Shown: in pieces, positions 47,904-57,377 of the stretch | Position numbering within the stretch: the first letter of the stretch is position 1 | Layout of the letters: each line of letters begins with the position of its first letter | Assembly (NCBI GenBank): GCA_963701095.1 | Contig: OY969564.1 | Coordinates: forward strand, 2,561,687-2,625,686 | DNA length: 64,000 nt | Direction: 5' to 3' | Source: an uncultured Methanoregulaceae archaeon | GTDB lineage: Archaea; Halobacteriota; Methanomicrobia; Methanomicrobiales; Methanospirillaceae | Translations under genes and position numbers: made by a program | The notes under the pieces: model-generated | What the model saw: the letters and a program-made list of their open reading frames with translations, nothing else | Databases searched by the model: none | Told to the model about the DNA's origin: nothing

Positions 47904-48092
47904 ATGCCCGTTGTTATTCTCAAAATGCGCAAAGGCTGGACTACAGAACAGAAACGCCGGATTATTAAAGAGTTCACCAATACCCTTGTCTCGACGTTGA
48001 AAATCGATCCGGATCTCGTTACGATCATGATCGATGAGCACAGCCTTGAGGATATCGGCCATGCCGGTGTGCTCAGGTGCGACGAGCGCTGA
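47904..48092 (+). CDS. 4-oxalocrotonate tautomerase family protein
   Basis: Met-Pro start (catalytic Pro1), G.T.EQK, I.E.....G.AG; AGGTGA RBS. Confidence 0.85.
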   Translation: MPVVILKMRKGWTTEQKRRIIKEFTNTLVSTLKIDPDLVTIMIDEHSLEDIGHAGVLRCDER

Positions 48093-48147
48093 TCTTTTTT
48101 TACAAGATAAAAAAAGTGCCAGGCTGGTTTTTACCTTATATTACGGG

Positions 48148-49221
48148 TTACTGCTGCCGTTTCCCGGTTTTACGCTCTTCATATGAGATCTGGGTGCTTC
48201 TTCCCTTGGTAAGTTCTTCCTTTTTATTTTCAAGGTTCTGGAAGCGTTCGTCAAGGGGAATGCTCGCACTCCGTCCCGCTGTTAATGTCCGATCCTCTTC
48301 CCGCACACTACGGAATCGTTCCTCAAGGGGGATCCGGCTGCTTTCCCCCCTCTTCATTTTGTCGTCATCCTCATTTCCACGCTGCCAGCGCTCCTCAAAG
48401 GGGATCGCATTACTTCGGTCACATGCACCGGGGGTTCCTCTGGCAGTCGGTGCCGATGCACCATCGGGAATGAATTCGATAATATCTTCATTCCTGGCAG
48501 GAATCCCTTGACTAGGAGATCTGCCTTGCTGTGCACGCAATTTTGTTGCGGGTTGAGCAGAAACACGTCCATCGGAAGATTGCCGCGGGCCGTTATATGC
48601 GAATCGGCTCCTGCCGGGTGCCTGACCACGAATCTTTGCAACCTGCTCCTCTACCTCTGCATCTGCTTCACGTGCACTCTTTTCCGTAAACATCAGGAAC
48701 TGGAGAAAAGCTTCCGGTTCACAAAAGACTGATACATCCAGGCGCTCAAAAATGAGTTTTCTTTCAATGTCGCCGTACCATCCTCCAGAACGGATCGTTA
48801 TCGTTTCATTTCTTGGATCAAAGGAATACACTCTTTCAATGTTCCCGTCACGCCCGAATGCAGTTTCAGTTACCCCGCTCCCCTCAAACGTAAACGTCTT
48901 CCCAACGGCGCCATAATCCCCACCTTCTCTCATAACGATTTGCCGGCCTCCGGACTCGTAATGGAACGTCCGGGGAGGTCGACCGAAAGAGAATGTTTCC
49001 TCAAGCATCCCATAATTGTCAAAGATGAACCGGCGAAGTATCTTTCCTGGCTGTTTTGGATCATTTTCTGTCATTGTGTTTGCTGACGGGTCGAACCGGT
49101 AAAGCCGCTGGACGACATTATGGCTGTCCAGCACCGTGATACCTGCAGTTCCGTATCGGTACAGCCTGCCGACAGTCTCCCTCTGGTTCCCGGTAAATTC
49201 GGTGATAACTGATTCGGTCAT
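48148..49221 (-). CDS. Hypothetical protein with beta-repeat-like N-terminus and C-terminal IP[FL][ED]ER repeats
   Basis: Long clean ORF; start MTESV preceded by an AGGA-like RBS. Confidence 0.7.
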   Translation of the reverse strand: MTESVITEFTGNQRETVGRLYRYGTAGITVLDSHNVVQRLYRFDPSANTMTENDPKQPGKILRRFIFDNYGMLEETFSFGRPPRTFHYESGGRQIVMREGGDYGAVGKTFTFEGSGVTETAFGRDGNIERVYSFDPRNETITIRSGGWYGDIERKLIFERLDVSVFCEPEAFLQFLMFTEKSAREADAEVEEQVAKIRGQAPGRSRFAYNGPRQSSDGRVSAQPATKLRAQQGRSPSQGIPARNEDIIEFIPDGASAPTARGTPGACDRSNAIPFEERWQRGNEDDDKMKRGESSRIPLEERFRSVREEDRTLTAGRSASIPLDERFQNLENKKEELTKGRSTQISYEERKTGKRQQ

Positions 49222-49517
49222 GATCCTGATTCCTCTGTGTCTCTCCTGAATTTTTATATTGCTTTCCCGGTAAATAGGGTTTCTCTCCCATACGAGTCTG
49301 TTTTGGAAAATGCACCTTTTCACGTTATTTTAAAAAACGCCCCCCAGAAGCGAAACCCAATACGACCTGCCGCTGAAGTACTCGCTCAAATATATTACTT
49401 CAGCCTCAAAAATGGCACGTGGTTTAACGACGGACACGTTCATCAGCGAGGACGAGCGTATTCCTGATAATCCTGATCGTTACGAGGATACTCCTTGTGT
49501 CATTAAAAATCAGTTTC

Positions 49518-50129
49518 TTAACAAGGTTTCGTAAGTTTTTCCAGAAGCTCGGTCATTGTATGCAGCGTAGCGATCTCCGGCAACAGGATGATGTCGCTTT
49601 CGATCTTATGCTCTTCGCAGGAAAGTTCGGTGGAAAACAGCATAACCTCATCGACTTCTTCGTTCAACTGTGCGATAAGCGTCTGCATAGCGGCGTGGGC
49701 CATGTCGATCGTGAGAACGGGTGGAGAGGGGAGCATGACTATACCGAGAAGTTCTGCTGTAGCGTCTAGAAACGCCGAGGCCATGATATTTCCGATCTCC
49801 AGAAGGGCACTGTCATCCATTTCGTTCAGCGGACGATCGAGATCCGTCAGGCCCAGCATGGTGTTTGTCAGTCGGACCGCCGATTGCCGTGAGATATAGA
49901 AGACGATGTAGCCGCCATGCTGGATCTCACCCTGAAGTTCAAAAACCACCAGAGCGGCGGATTCCGCACCGATATAATTTCCCAACTGGGTTAGATCTAT
50001 AACCTGGACTTTCGGTACATTCATCTCGACCGGGCTCATCAAAATTTGGGAAAGTGTTGTTGCAGCGTGCGCCGCGCCGATGTTTCCCAACTCCTGGATC
50101 GCATCTATTTGCACAGTAGACAATTTCAT
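49518..50129 (-). CDS. cheC: Chemotaxis phosphatase CheC
   Basis: DAIQELGNIGA.HAA..LS, SALLEIGNI, LPSPP...DM. Confidence 0.9.
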   Translation of the reverse strand: MKLSTVQIDAIQELGNIGAAHAATTLSQILMSPVEMNVPKVQVIDLTQLGNYIGAESAALVVFELQGEIQHGGYIVFYISRQSAVRLTNTMLGLTDLDRPLNEMDDSALLEIGNIMASAFLDATAELLGIVMLPSPPVLTIDMAHAAMQTLIAQLNEEVDEVMLFSTELSCEEHKIESDIILLPEIATLHTMTELLEKLTKPC

Positions 50130-50190
50130 GGTATCACTTAATGATTGTATTCACGTCGTCAATCCGATATGCATCTTTTGGCACCGTAAT

Positions 50191-50325
50191 CGGCTTGGCC
50201 TTTATCTTGTCCGTGAGATCCTCGCGATTACCGGAATCCAAATAAAAGAAACCGGAGAACCGGGAAAAGGTGCACGGTTCGAGATTACCGTACCCAGAGG
50301 TTCGTATCGCTTTACGAAGGTATAA
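50191..50325 (+). pseudogene. Remnant of a sensor histidine kinase C-terminus (HATPase)
   Basis: LGLYLVREILAITGI.I.ETGEPGKGARFEI.VP.G.YR with no upstream body. Confidence 0.85.
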
Positions 50326-50517
50326 ACACCTTCAACCATAACTAAGCGAATGCGTCACATAAAGTGGCAAGTTACATATAATATATATAATAGTATATAT
50401 AAAAATTGGCTGCTTTTCCCGGGTAAAATGCGGGGTTATATCGGTTGGTTTACTTCCCTTTTCTTTTCAGCGTGAGCTTTTTCCGGTTTATGAATCCTCA
50501 AAATGAAAATGAAAGAC

Positions 50518-50752
50518 GCTTTTTTGAAACGCTGACAAAAATCAGCGGAGTGGTATTGAACAAGAAATTTGTTTGCATTCATGTTTTTTACGTCACCGGA
50601 TAAATCCATTCAGGTTGTTGTAAATCGCTCATATGGACAGACAAAAAATCGGGTTCTCGGAGAAAACCTCTCTAAAAAAGTTGAACCAATGTCCGAAAGA
50701 GACTCATGTAAGGCGTCTCCTTCCCTTTTACATAAACAGTATGAAAAAGACA
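50518..50752. repeat. Dispersed intergenic repeat, copy B
   Basis: Homologous to 33688-33908; contains the hairpin CGCTGA-CAAAAA-TCAGCG. Confidence 0.8.
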
Positions 50753-50909
50753 ACATTTTTAGAACTTTACCTTTCTTTAAAAAGTTCTTTATTGGCCATG
50801 ATTCATCCTCTGTATTCGACTAACTCTCCGCACAACGTCCTGCCATATTTTCACCGAAAGAATTGGCCGGTTCGCAGAATTTATCGGATCAGCGGCTGAA
50901 CAAAAAAGG

Positions 50910-51497
50910 ATGATTCCGGCATCTGAGACGATACCAACTATTGAATCGATGTACCGGAGAAAGGACGGCCGGGTCCTCATTGAGATAAAGCTGACATCAG
51001 TAAGCCAGCTTTTCAATTCCTTTGATCCAGCTCCTTTTTATGAAAAGGAGCTCGATAGTGACGCAGAAGAATATATTGTGGACACGGTTCAGGATTTCCC
51101 GGCCAAAACAAAATTCATGATTCTTATCTATCTCCCCCCTGCCCTTGTAGTAAGTGAAGAGGTAAAAAAGATCATTCCTGGCATCCATAACCATTTTCAG
51201 TACCGGATGCTTGTTACGGAACGGAAAGTCAGGCAGAAAATCCGGTTTGGCCGGTTCAGCCTTCTTGTCGGGCTCTCATTTTTGGCGGTCGCCCTTATCG
51301 CAAGTCAGCTCGTTGCCGCCCTGAATATGTATATTATCGCCCAGCTTCTTTCGTATTCACTTTTGATCATCGGCTGGGTGGCGATGTGGCAGCCGATCAC
51401 CATATTCCTATATGAGATTTGGCCTATTATCAGGCTCAAAAGGATCTATGAAAAGATCAGTACGATGGAAATCGAGATCCTGCCTCTGATGGCTTGA
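50910..51497 (+). CDS. Conserved hypothetical membrane protein
   Basis: QLFNSFDP.PF..K.LD..AE.YI; IIGWVAMW.P. Confidence 0.75.
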   Translation: MIPASETIPTIESMYRRKDGRVLIEIKLTSVSQLFNSFDPAPFYEKELDSDAEEYIVDTVQDFPAKTKFMILIYLPPALVVSEEVKKIIPGIHNHFQYRMLVTERKVRQKIRFGRFSLLVGLSFLAVALIASQLVAALNMYIIAQLLSYSLLIIGWVAMWQPITIFLYEIWPIIRLKRIYEKISTMEIEILPLMA

Positions 51498-51529
51498 ATT
51501 TTATTATTTCATTATTCAGGTGTGCCAGC

Positions 51530-52081
51530 TTAAATCTGGTCGATCTGCGGCAGGAGGTGGTTTTCAAGCTGTTTTTTGCAGGCAGTGCAAAAACTCTTCT
51601 TTTTACCGTTCAGCTCATCGAGCGTGTCCGGACAGAACATGATGCATTCTCGATCTCTGCAATGACCAAGGCCCAGCAGGTGACCGACTTCATGGGCTCC
51701 TTCTGTGACAATCCGGTCCATGAAATCGCTATCGCATGCTTCAAGCCCGTAATATTCGTTTGAAAGCCTAGCGGTCGATACAACGGCTACACCTGCTGAC
51801 TCCCGGGCAAGGCCAAAAAGAGCTGAATGGCCGTGATTGAAAAGATCCTGGCTCACCACAAGAAGTATGGGATCGGACATTTTGTGATGATGTTTGAAGG
51901 TTGCCATGTGGTCGAGCTGTACCTGGGCATCGATCTGTTTTCGCTCATTTACGAAGCCCATAATGCGAACAGGGTTATCGAAAACTTCTGCAGACAGCCC
52001 GGTGACTGTTTCAATCATGCGACATACCGGCAGCTGAAGACCTTTGGGGGAGAGCTGATCCCAAAAAATATCGAGCCGCAT
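51530..52081 (-). CDS. amzA: Archaemetzincin Zn-dependent protease
   Basis: HEVGHLLGLGHC....CIM, FC..C, R.Q.DA, FGLA, VVST.RL. Confidence 0.9.
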   Translation of the reverse strand: MRLDIFWDQLSPKGLQLPVCRMIETVTGLSAEVFDNPVRIMGFVNERKQIDAQVQLDHMATFKHHHKMSDPILLVVSQDLFNHGHSALFGLARESAGVAVVSTARLSNEYYGLEACDSDFMDRIVTEGAHEVGHLLGLGHCRDRECIMFCPDTLDELNGKKKSFCTACKKQLENHLLPQIDQI

Positions 52082-52788
52082 TGCGTAATGCTATTGGATG
52101 GACGGCTATAAACATTGTGTGGGTGAAATCATCCCTGAATATTCTAAAAATTCGCTATTTTATGGTGCTTAATATACATAACGCGCCAAGGGTTAAAAAG
52201 CATCACTCCTTCCCCAAACCGGCCTTCTTTTCACTTGCTGCATACTTTTACCCATCTGACAGGACTTTTGCCAAAAGAAGTGCCTTGGCGGGGCTTTATT
52301 GACGGGTAATTGCAGTAAAAGGTACGATCCCCGGGGGGTTGTAATTTCCCCCCAGGGTGTGTAAAAAATGCACAAAGGTGGCGATGCAGGGGTTCATCGC
52401 GGATAGGTACCGGCCCGCTCGCCCCCGGTTACTGTTTGGCTGGCTTGCCGGTGCAAGGGAGATGGTTCCGGAAGTCTATCCGGTTCCGCATGACTAAAAC
52501 AAGACTCTTATAAACTTTAAGCACTTTAAGGGGAGGTTTTTCCCGTCAGTAAAAAACGGGTACCGCGGGCTCTGGCGTTCGTTACAGAACCAAGTCGTTC
52601 CCCTCAAAACATCCCACAACTAAAGTTCGTGGGCTTTCTGCCTGCTCTGATCGTAAACAGCCTGAACAGTCTGAACAACCGTTTTCAGATGTGGGCCCAT
52701 TGAGAAAATAAGACTGGAAAGCCCGAAGGTCAATTAGGAAAGTTGAATAATATAACAGTATATATGAGGTGAATTAAGATGATGCCAT

Positions 52789-54018
52789 GTGAAGAAAATC
52801 GTTTTGGTTCTTCTATTATTGCTAATCGGGATCGTCCAGGTCGCTGGGGCAGATTGTTCAATTCCAGGGTATTGTCCAGCTCCTGGGGTTACCGTGAGTC
52901 CAACATTTGGCCAAGCGCCATTGACAGTACAATTTAGTGCTGAAGAAGGGGGGAACATACCAGGTGGGAACATAACAGGATGGTATTGGAATTTTGGTGA
53001 TGGTGCGACATCCACGCTTCAGAACCCATCACATACCTATGCTAATTACGGTATCTATACGTTCAATCTCACAACGACGAATTCCGCAGGAAATGCTGGA
53101 ACTAACGGCGGTATTGTTTACGCAAATCTTCCCCTTCCGAACCCAAATTTCATAGCGACACCCGCATCAGGTCCAGCACCGTTAACGGTACAATTCACAG
53201 ATACATCGACAGGTCATGCAGCGCGTTGGTCTTGGGATTTTGGGGATGGGCACGGGGTTTCAGCCATTCAAAACCCTAAATATACATTTTATTGTAATTT
53301 TAATGGTGGTAACACACCCCTGATAATGTCCGTTAAACTTTATACATGGGATAGCTTTGGCTTTTGCACTGATCAGAATAACGACCTCTACAATAATAAT
53401 TGTATAAGTAAAACTCTCAATATAGTCTTGACAAGCCCCCCCCCTCCACCAACTTTCACTGCAACCCCTATAAGTGGCCCAGCTCCACTGACAGTACAAT
53501 TTACGGATACATCATCGTATAATCCAACTATCTGGTCTTGGGATTTTGGTGACAACACAAATGCCTACACTCAAAACCCGGTGCATACATATACAATTTC
53601 CGGGGTATATACCGCAAGATTGAATCATCCAGGGATGATAAACGACCAGTGCAATGGATATTTGGGCAATATTCCAAACACAACAATTACCGTTCTTTCC
53701 CCCCTTGCACCCGGAACAACAACATCCCCGACACCCTCCCTTAATCAAACCGCTACAACCACCACCTCAACAACAACACTTCCAACGACAACTGTAACCG
53801 CGCAAACAACCGTACCGGCGGCAACTGTGACTCAAACGGTAACAGCCACACCCTCGGGATTTTATTATACCCCAAAACCGACCGTCACGACAATGAAGGT
53901 ATTCACGTCAATTCCAACCAGTACACCGACCCAAAAGTCTCCATTTGGAATAGAGTTTAGTATTTTGGCGATTAGTGCCGCGATTCTAATAGTAAGGAGC
54001 CAATACCGGAAGCCATGA
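52789..54018 (+). CDS. Secreted protein with three PKD domains, Thr-rich stalk and C-terminal KSP-TM-basic anchor
   Basis: APLTVQF..W.W[ND]FGD..QNP three times; ends KSPFGIEFSILAISAAILIVRSQYRKP. Confidence 0.9.
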   Translation: MKKIVLVLLLLLIGIVQVAGADCSIPGYCPAPGVTVSPTFGQAPLTVQFSAEEGGNIPGGNITGWYWNFGDGATSTLQNPSHTYANYGIYTFNLTTTNSAGNAGTNGGIVYANLPLPNPNFIATPASGPAPLTVQFTDTSTGHAARWSWDFGDGHGVSAIQNPKYTFYCNFNGGNTPLIMSVKLYTWDSFGFCTDQNNDLYNNNCISKTLNIVLTSPPPPPTFTATPISGPAPLTVQFTDTSSYNPTIWSWDFGDNTNAYTQNPVHTYTISGVYTARLNHPGMINDQCNGYLGNIPNTTITVLSPLAPGTTTSPTPSLNQTATTTTSTTTLPTTTVTAQTTVPAATVTQTVTATPSGFYYTPKPTVTTMKVFTSIPTSTPTQKSPFGIEFSILAISAAILIVRSQYRKP

Positions 54019-54028
54019 GGATCGGGAA

Positions 54029-54082
54029 ATGTCGTTCTTTTCGTTTTGCGGAAAATTTGCTGCCGGGATATCGGTTACGAAC
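54029..54082 (+). pseudogene. 5' remnant of the small membrane gene found intact at 61680
   Basis: MSFFSFCGKFAAGISV versus MSLLSFCGKFAVWISV. Confidence 0.65.
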
Positions 54083-54158
54083 ATGCTGCCGTAGAGCGAC
54101 ATAAATCACTCACATAAAAAAGGAAATTATTATAGTATACCCAAGAGAGGTATCACTT

Positions 54159-54521
54159 ATGTTTTGCCCGAATTGTGGTGCCGAGCTTCAATATGCAGAC
54201 GCGGAAATCTGCCCCAAGTGCGGAGTACGGATCAAGAGCCCCCCGGCGCCTGTCGGAATGAATAAAGGTCCCCGTGTTGAGGGCGAAGAAATTAAAAGTA
54301 CAGGGATCGCCGCAATTGCTTCTTTCATCATCCCGGGCCTCGGGCAAATTTATTGTGGTGCGATTGGTCGGGGAATCATGATTTTGATTGGCTTTATCAT
54401 CGCATGTTTGATGATCCTTATTGTTATAGGGATTATAATTGCCCCGATCGTATGGGTCTGGAATATTTACGATGCGTACACAATGGCAAAAAAGATCAAT
54501 GCCGGGGAGATCACAATTTAA
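54159..54521 (+). CDS. Zinc-ribbon plus TM2-domain protein
   Basis: MFCPNCG..ICPKCG; KS.GIAAI.SF.IPGLGQIY.G. Confidence 0.9.
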   Translation: MFCPNCGAELQYADAEICPKCGVRIKSPPAPVGMNKGPRVEGEEIKSTGIAAIASFIIPGLGQIYCGAIGRGIMILIGFIIACLMILIVIGIIIAPIVWVWNIYDAYTMAKKINAGEITI

Positions 54522-54547
54522 TTTTTAGAGGACTTGCGCCGGTTGGA

Positions 54548-54793
54548 GTGAGAAAAACGGACCTTACCAGTTTTGCCGGGAAAGTAGCTGTTGGCGTATC
54601 CATAGCGATCGTACTGGCTTTTATCGCTCTGATTGCCTTGGCGGTCTTCTGTGTGGGCCTCGGGGCCGTTTCGTCAGTAACAAACCCTCATGTAGCGCAG
54701 GACACCCAGCAAGAGTACCAACAATTACAGGAGAATATCAGCCACGCGCAGGTCGGGATCTCCGGTGCAGTCCAGAATATTACCGGCGGTTGA
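54548..54793 (+). CDS. Small membrane-anchored protein (copy 1)
   Basis: TM then SSVTNPHVAQDTQQEYQQLQENISHAQVGISGAVQNITGG, identical to the C-terminus of 61680-61916; GTG start tentative. Confidence 0.65.
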   Translation: MRKTDLTSFAGKVAVGVSIAIVLAFIALIALAVFCVGLGAVSSVTNPHVAQDTQQEYQQLQENISHAQVGISGAVQNITGG

Positions 54794-55019
54794 CATCCTA
54801 AAACCCCATTTTTCTCAGATTTTTGTGGGAACGGGTAGGCCTAAAAAGGTGAAAATTCCCGGATTTTTATCTGGCCTCCCTGGCAGTATATAAAAATAAA
54901 TTTATAGTTGTGAAACGAGAATACGCGACCTGATTTGATATTGCTGCTCCATATGGGCGTTATTATGCGTTTGTTCGGCGTGATGGTGTAAAGGTAGGTA
55001 TGCGCAGGGGCCGGTCACG
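54570..55019 (+). repeat. ~450-bp direct repeat, copy 1
   Basis: Near-identical to 61694-62144 through the small gene and ..CCCGGATTTTTATCTGGCCTCCCTGGCAGTATA; similar again at GTGATGGTGT.AAGGTAGGTATGCG..GGTCACG. Confidence 0.95.
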
Positions 55020-55470
55020 GTCCCTTCTGTATCCTGCGTGAGAGGGTGTTTACGTGGATGCCTAGCTCTTCCGCGATCCCTGCGAGGGTCATACCCTGTT
55101 CGCGTTTGGCGTTGACTTCTTCCATCTTGATATCCCGGAATGGACGGCCTACATGGACACCCCGGGCCTTGGCTGCTACGAGTCCCTGCTTTGTCCGCTC
55201 GCTTAATAGGTCCCGCTCGCGCTCTGCCATTGTGATCATGAAAGTGAGCATGATCCGCCGCATACCCTTATCGGTGCAGGAGTTCAGGAACGCTTCCGCC
55301 GGAGAGAGGCTGAATACTTCGATTCCCAGATCCTCAAGATCTAATATTGACCGGATGGAGTCTGCATACGTCCTGCCAATACGGGAAATTTCATAGACGT
55401 ATAACCGGCCGACTGCCCCGGGGTTGCTTTTCACGTACTGGTATAATTTTGAGTATCCTGGACGGCGCCG
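55015..55470 (-). pseudogene. Serine recombinase (resolvase/invertase plus HTH), N-terminally truncated
   Basis: RPG, E.SRIGR, AE.ER..LSERTK.GL.AAKARG..GRP, C-terminal HTH; the catalytic Y.RVS N-terminus is absent. Confidence 0.85.
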
Positions 55471-55741
55471 GGCCCGGCCCAAGGATCAGCAGGATGCCCG
55501 GAGGGTGTGCCGCTCTTGTTACAATGAGGTGGTGAAAGCGGAGCAGATGGCTTCGGTTCCTTTACCGGGCACTGTGGATGTTTCCCGGTGCAGCCGCGTG
55601 ACGGCGGATGTGGGGAAGTGTTCGGTGTGTGGAATTGCGAAGGCGGTGTGGATCGATCGCGAGGCCGGGGTGAAGTTGTGTGAGCATTGTTACGGGAGAG
55701 GTTTGCGGGAAAGTGTACAGGGGGCTGGATGCAATGCCTGA
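55465..55741 (+). pseudogene. C-terminal Zn-finger fragment of a mobile-element protein
   Basis: VCRSCY..PLPG..GKCSVCG..AVW....LCEHCY; begins at the junction where the recombinase is cut. Confidence 0.55.
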
Positions 55742-55798
55742 TGAAGCGCTAAGTGAACGATTATGTGATAGGTGTTACAAAAAAACGGAGGGAAATGA

Positions 55799-56305
55799 AT
55801 GCCTGAAGATACGTTTGAGGTAGTAACGGAAATAAAATACCGGCCGGAGATTAAAGAGCAGACCGAGGAAGAAGCCCGACGTGGATTGCTTGAAGGAGAG
55901 GAATACATGGTCCTTGAGATCCAGGTGATCGGGATGGTGGAGATCTTCGAGGGAAAGGATTCACTCACGGTCGATTATCTTGCGGCCTGTAACCAGAACG
56001 CGGTCTCATCACCCTGGATGAAGGAGAGGATGAGTTTACTCTCAGATATATGCGAGGGGACGGTCATGGTCCTGACGCGCCAGATCAGAACCCGGCTCTT
56101 CCGCCAAATCCAAAAACGGGAGGAACAGGAGCTGTGCCTGTACCGGTTGTCCGCATGGTTGTCGATGGGGGATGATGGTTCGCAGCGCTGGAGTATCCGG
56201 GACCAGATCGATCCGGTGTTTGAGCATGAGGATCGGTCTGTGAAGAAGCGGGCCAAGGAGGCTAAGCGGCTGGCGGGGAAAGTGATGGAGTATAAGGCGG
56301 GCTGA
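55799..56305 (+). CDS. Hypothetical protein
   Basis: GGAGGG RBS; clean ORF directly before the methylase. Confidence 0.7.
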   Translation: MPEDTFEVVTEIKYRPEIKEQTEEEARRGLLEGEEYMVLEIQVIGMVEIFEGKDSLTVDYLAACNQNAVSSPWMKERMSLLSDICEGTVMVLTRQIRTRLFRQIQKREEQELCLYRLSAWLSMGDDGSQRWSIRDQIDPVFEHEDRSVKKRAKEAKRLAGKVMEYKAG

Positions 56306-56306
56306 C

Positions 56307-56821
56307 ATGGTCGTTCCATCGGCCCTGCTCTCGCACGAGAGCACTGAGCATTACACACCGCAGTACATTCTCGATGCAGTAATCGCCTGCATGGGCGCGA
56401 TCGATCTGGATCCGTGCAGCAACAGCCGGGAGATCCCGAACGTGCCGGCGGCGAGGCACTATACAGCTCAGGACAATGGTCTCGTGCAGCCGTGGGAGGG
56501 GCGGGTCTTTCTCAATCCTCCTTTCGGGCCCGGGTCGAGCGGTGGTTCTCGAAACTTTACCTGGAGCGGTCCACGGGCCGGACCACGGAGGCGATAGTAC
56601 TTTGGAAGTCGGCAACCGAGACCGCTGCGTGGAAGACGCTGACGGCGATATCGTGCCGGGTGTGTTTTCCTTCGGCCCGTATCCGGTTTGTTGGTCCGTC
56701 CGGTGATGATGGACCCGGACCGACATTTTCACCGGCATTGTTCTATGTTGGAGAAAGACCGGAGCGGTTCGAGAAGGCATTTTCCGGGATTGGGGCGGTG
56801 TGGGGGGTGCCTGGGAAATGA
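56307..56821 (+). CDS. Phage-type DNA N6-adenine methyltransferase (Dam-like) with an indel near 56535
   Basis: YTP, IDLDPCS, YT.QDNGL..PW.GRVFLNPPF; continues T.T..W, RIRF, F..AF in the other frame. Confidence 0.85.
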
Positions 56822-57149
56822 TTTTGGGGATAGGGGGTAAAATGATCTCCCCCTCATCTATCCTACGTCGGAGATACCGGGAATAAGGGGTCAGAACCCT
56901 GATTATAAAAATACCGAAAAAACCCGATAATTCTCTCTTTTCAGTTCCTGTGGAAAATACGCCTTTAAAATGCTCTGATTGCCAAAATAAGCGAAAAATG
57001 CATCCCTCCTAAAGGCCGCCAAAGGCCCTAGAATCGAGGCATTTTTTGCCATCTAATTTAGCCCATCCGGACCCGGAAACCGTGCCGGAATGCGGATATG
57101 AGGGTCGTTTTTTCCGGGGAGGGGATCAAAAATAGGGTTTTGGGCAGTT

Positions 57150-57350
57150 GAACGAGGTAAACCGGTCCGTGTAGCAAGTGCGAATGCGCCGAAGGTATGC
57201 GAAGCGTGTGACGCGGGCGGCAATCCCAGCGTGTGACAAAATACAGCGAGAAAATTTACGGAGGAGGTTATTCTCAACGCGGCTCCGCCCCCGCCGCGTG
57301 GGCTGCCCCAACGAGAGCTTGTTTTGCTGGCATGCAGACGCTCGTTTATG
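57150..57350. other. GC-rich, hairpin-rich non-coding element (left)
   Basis: GCGAAGC, CCGAAGG, direct repeat AGCGTGTGAC twice, ACGCGGC..GCCGCGT and AACGAG..CTCGTT stems. Confidence 0.5.
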
Positions 57351-57377
57351 TTCACTCATCCTCCTTGATGCTCGAAT

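Noticed and set aside
52290..52740. tRNA, RNase P RNA or SRP RNA at the island boundary
   Set aside because: No cloverleaf with a TTCRA T-loop, no GAGGAAAGTCC core and no SRP helix-8 motif on either strand
57305..57352. Integron attC site after the cargo genes
   Set aside because: The AAC..GTT stem spans only about 40 bp, the R boxes deviate from RYYYAAC/GTTRRRY, and there are no repeated sites between neighbouring genes and no integrase
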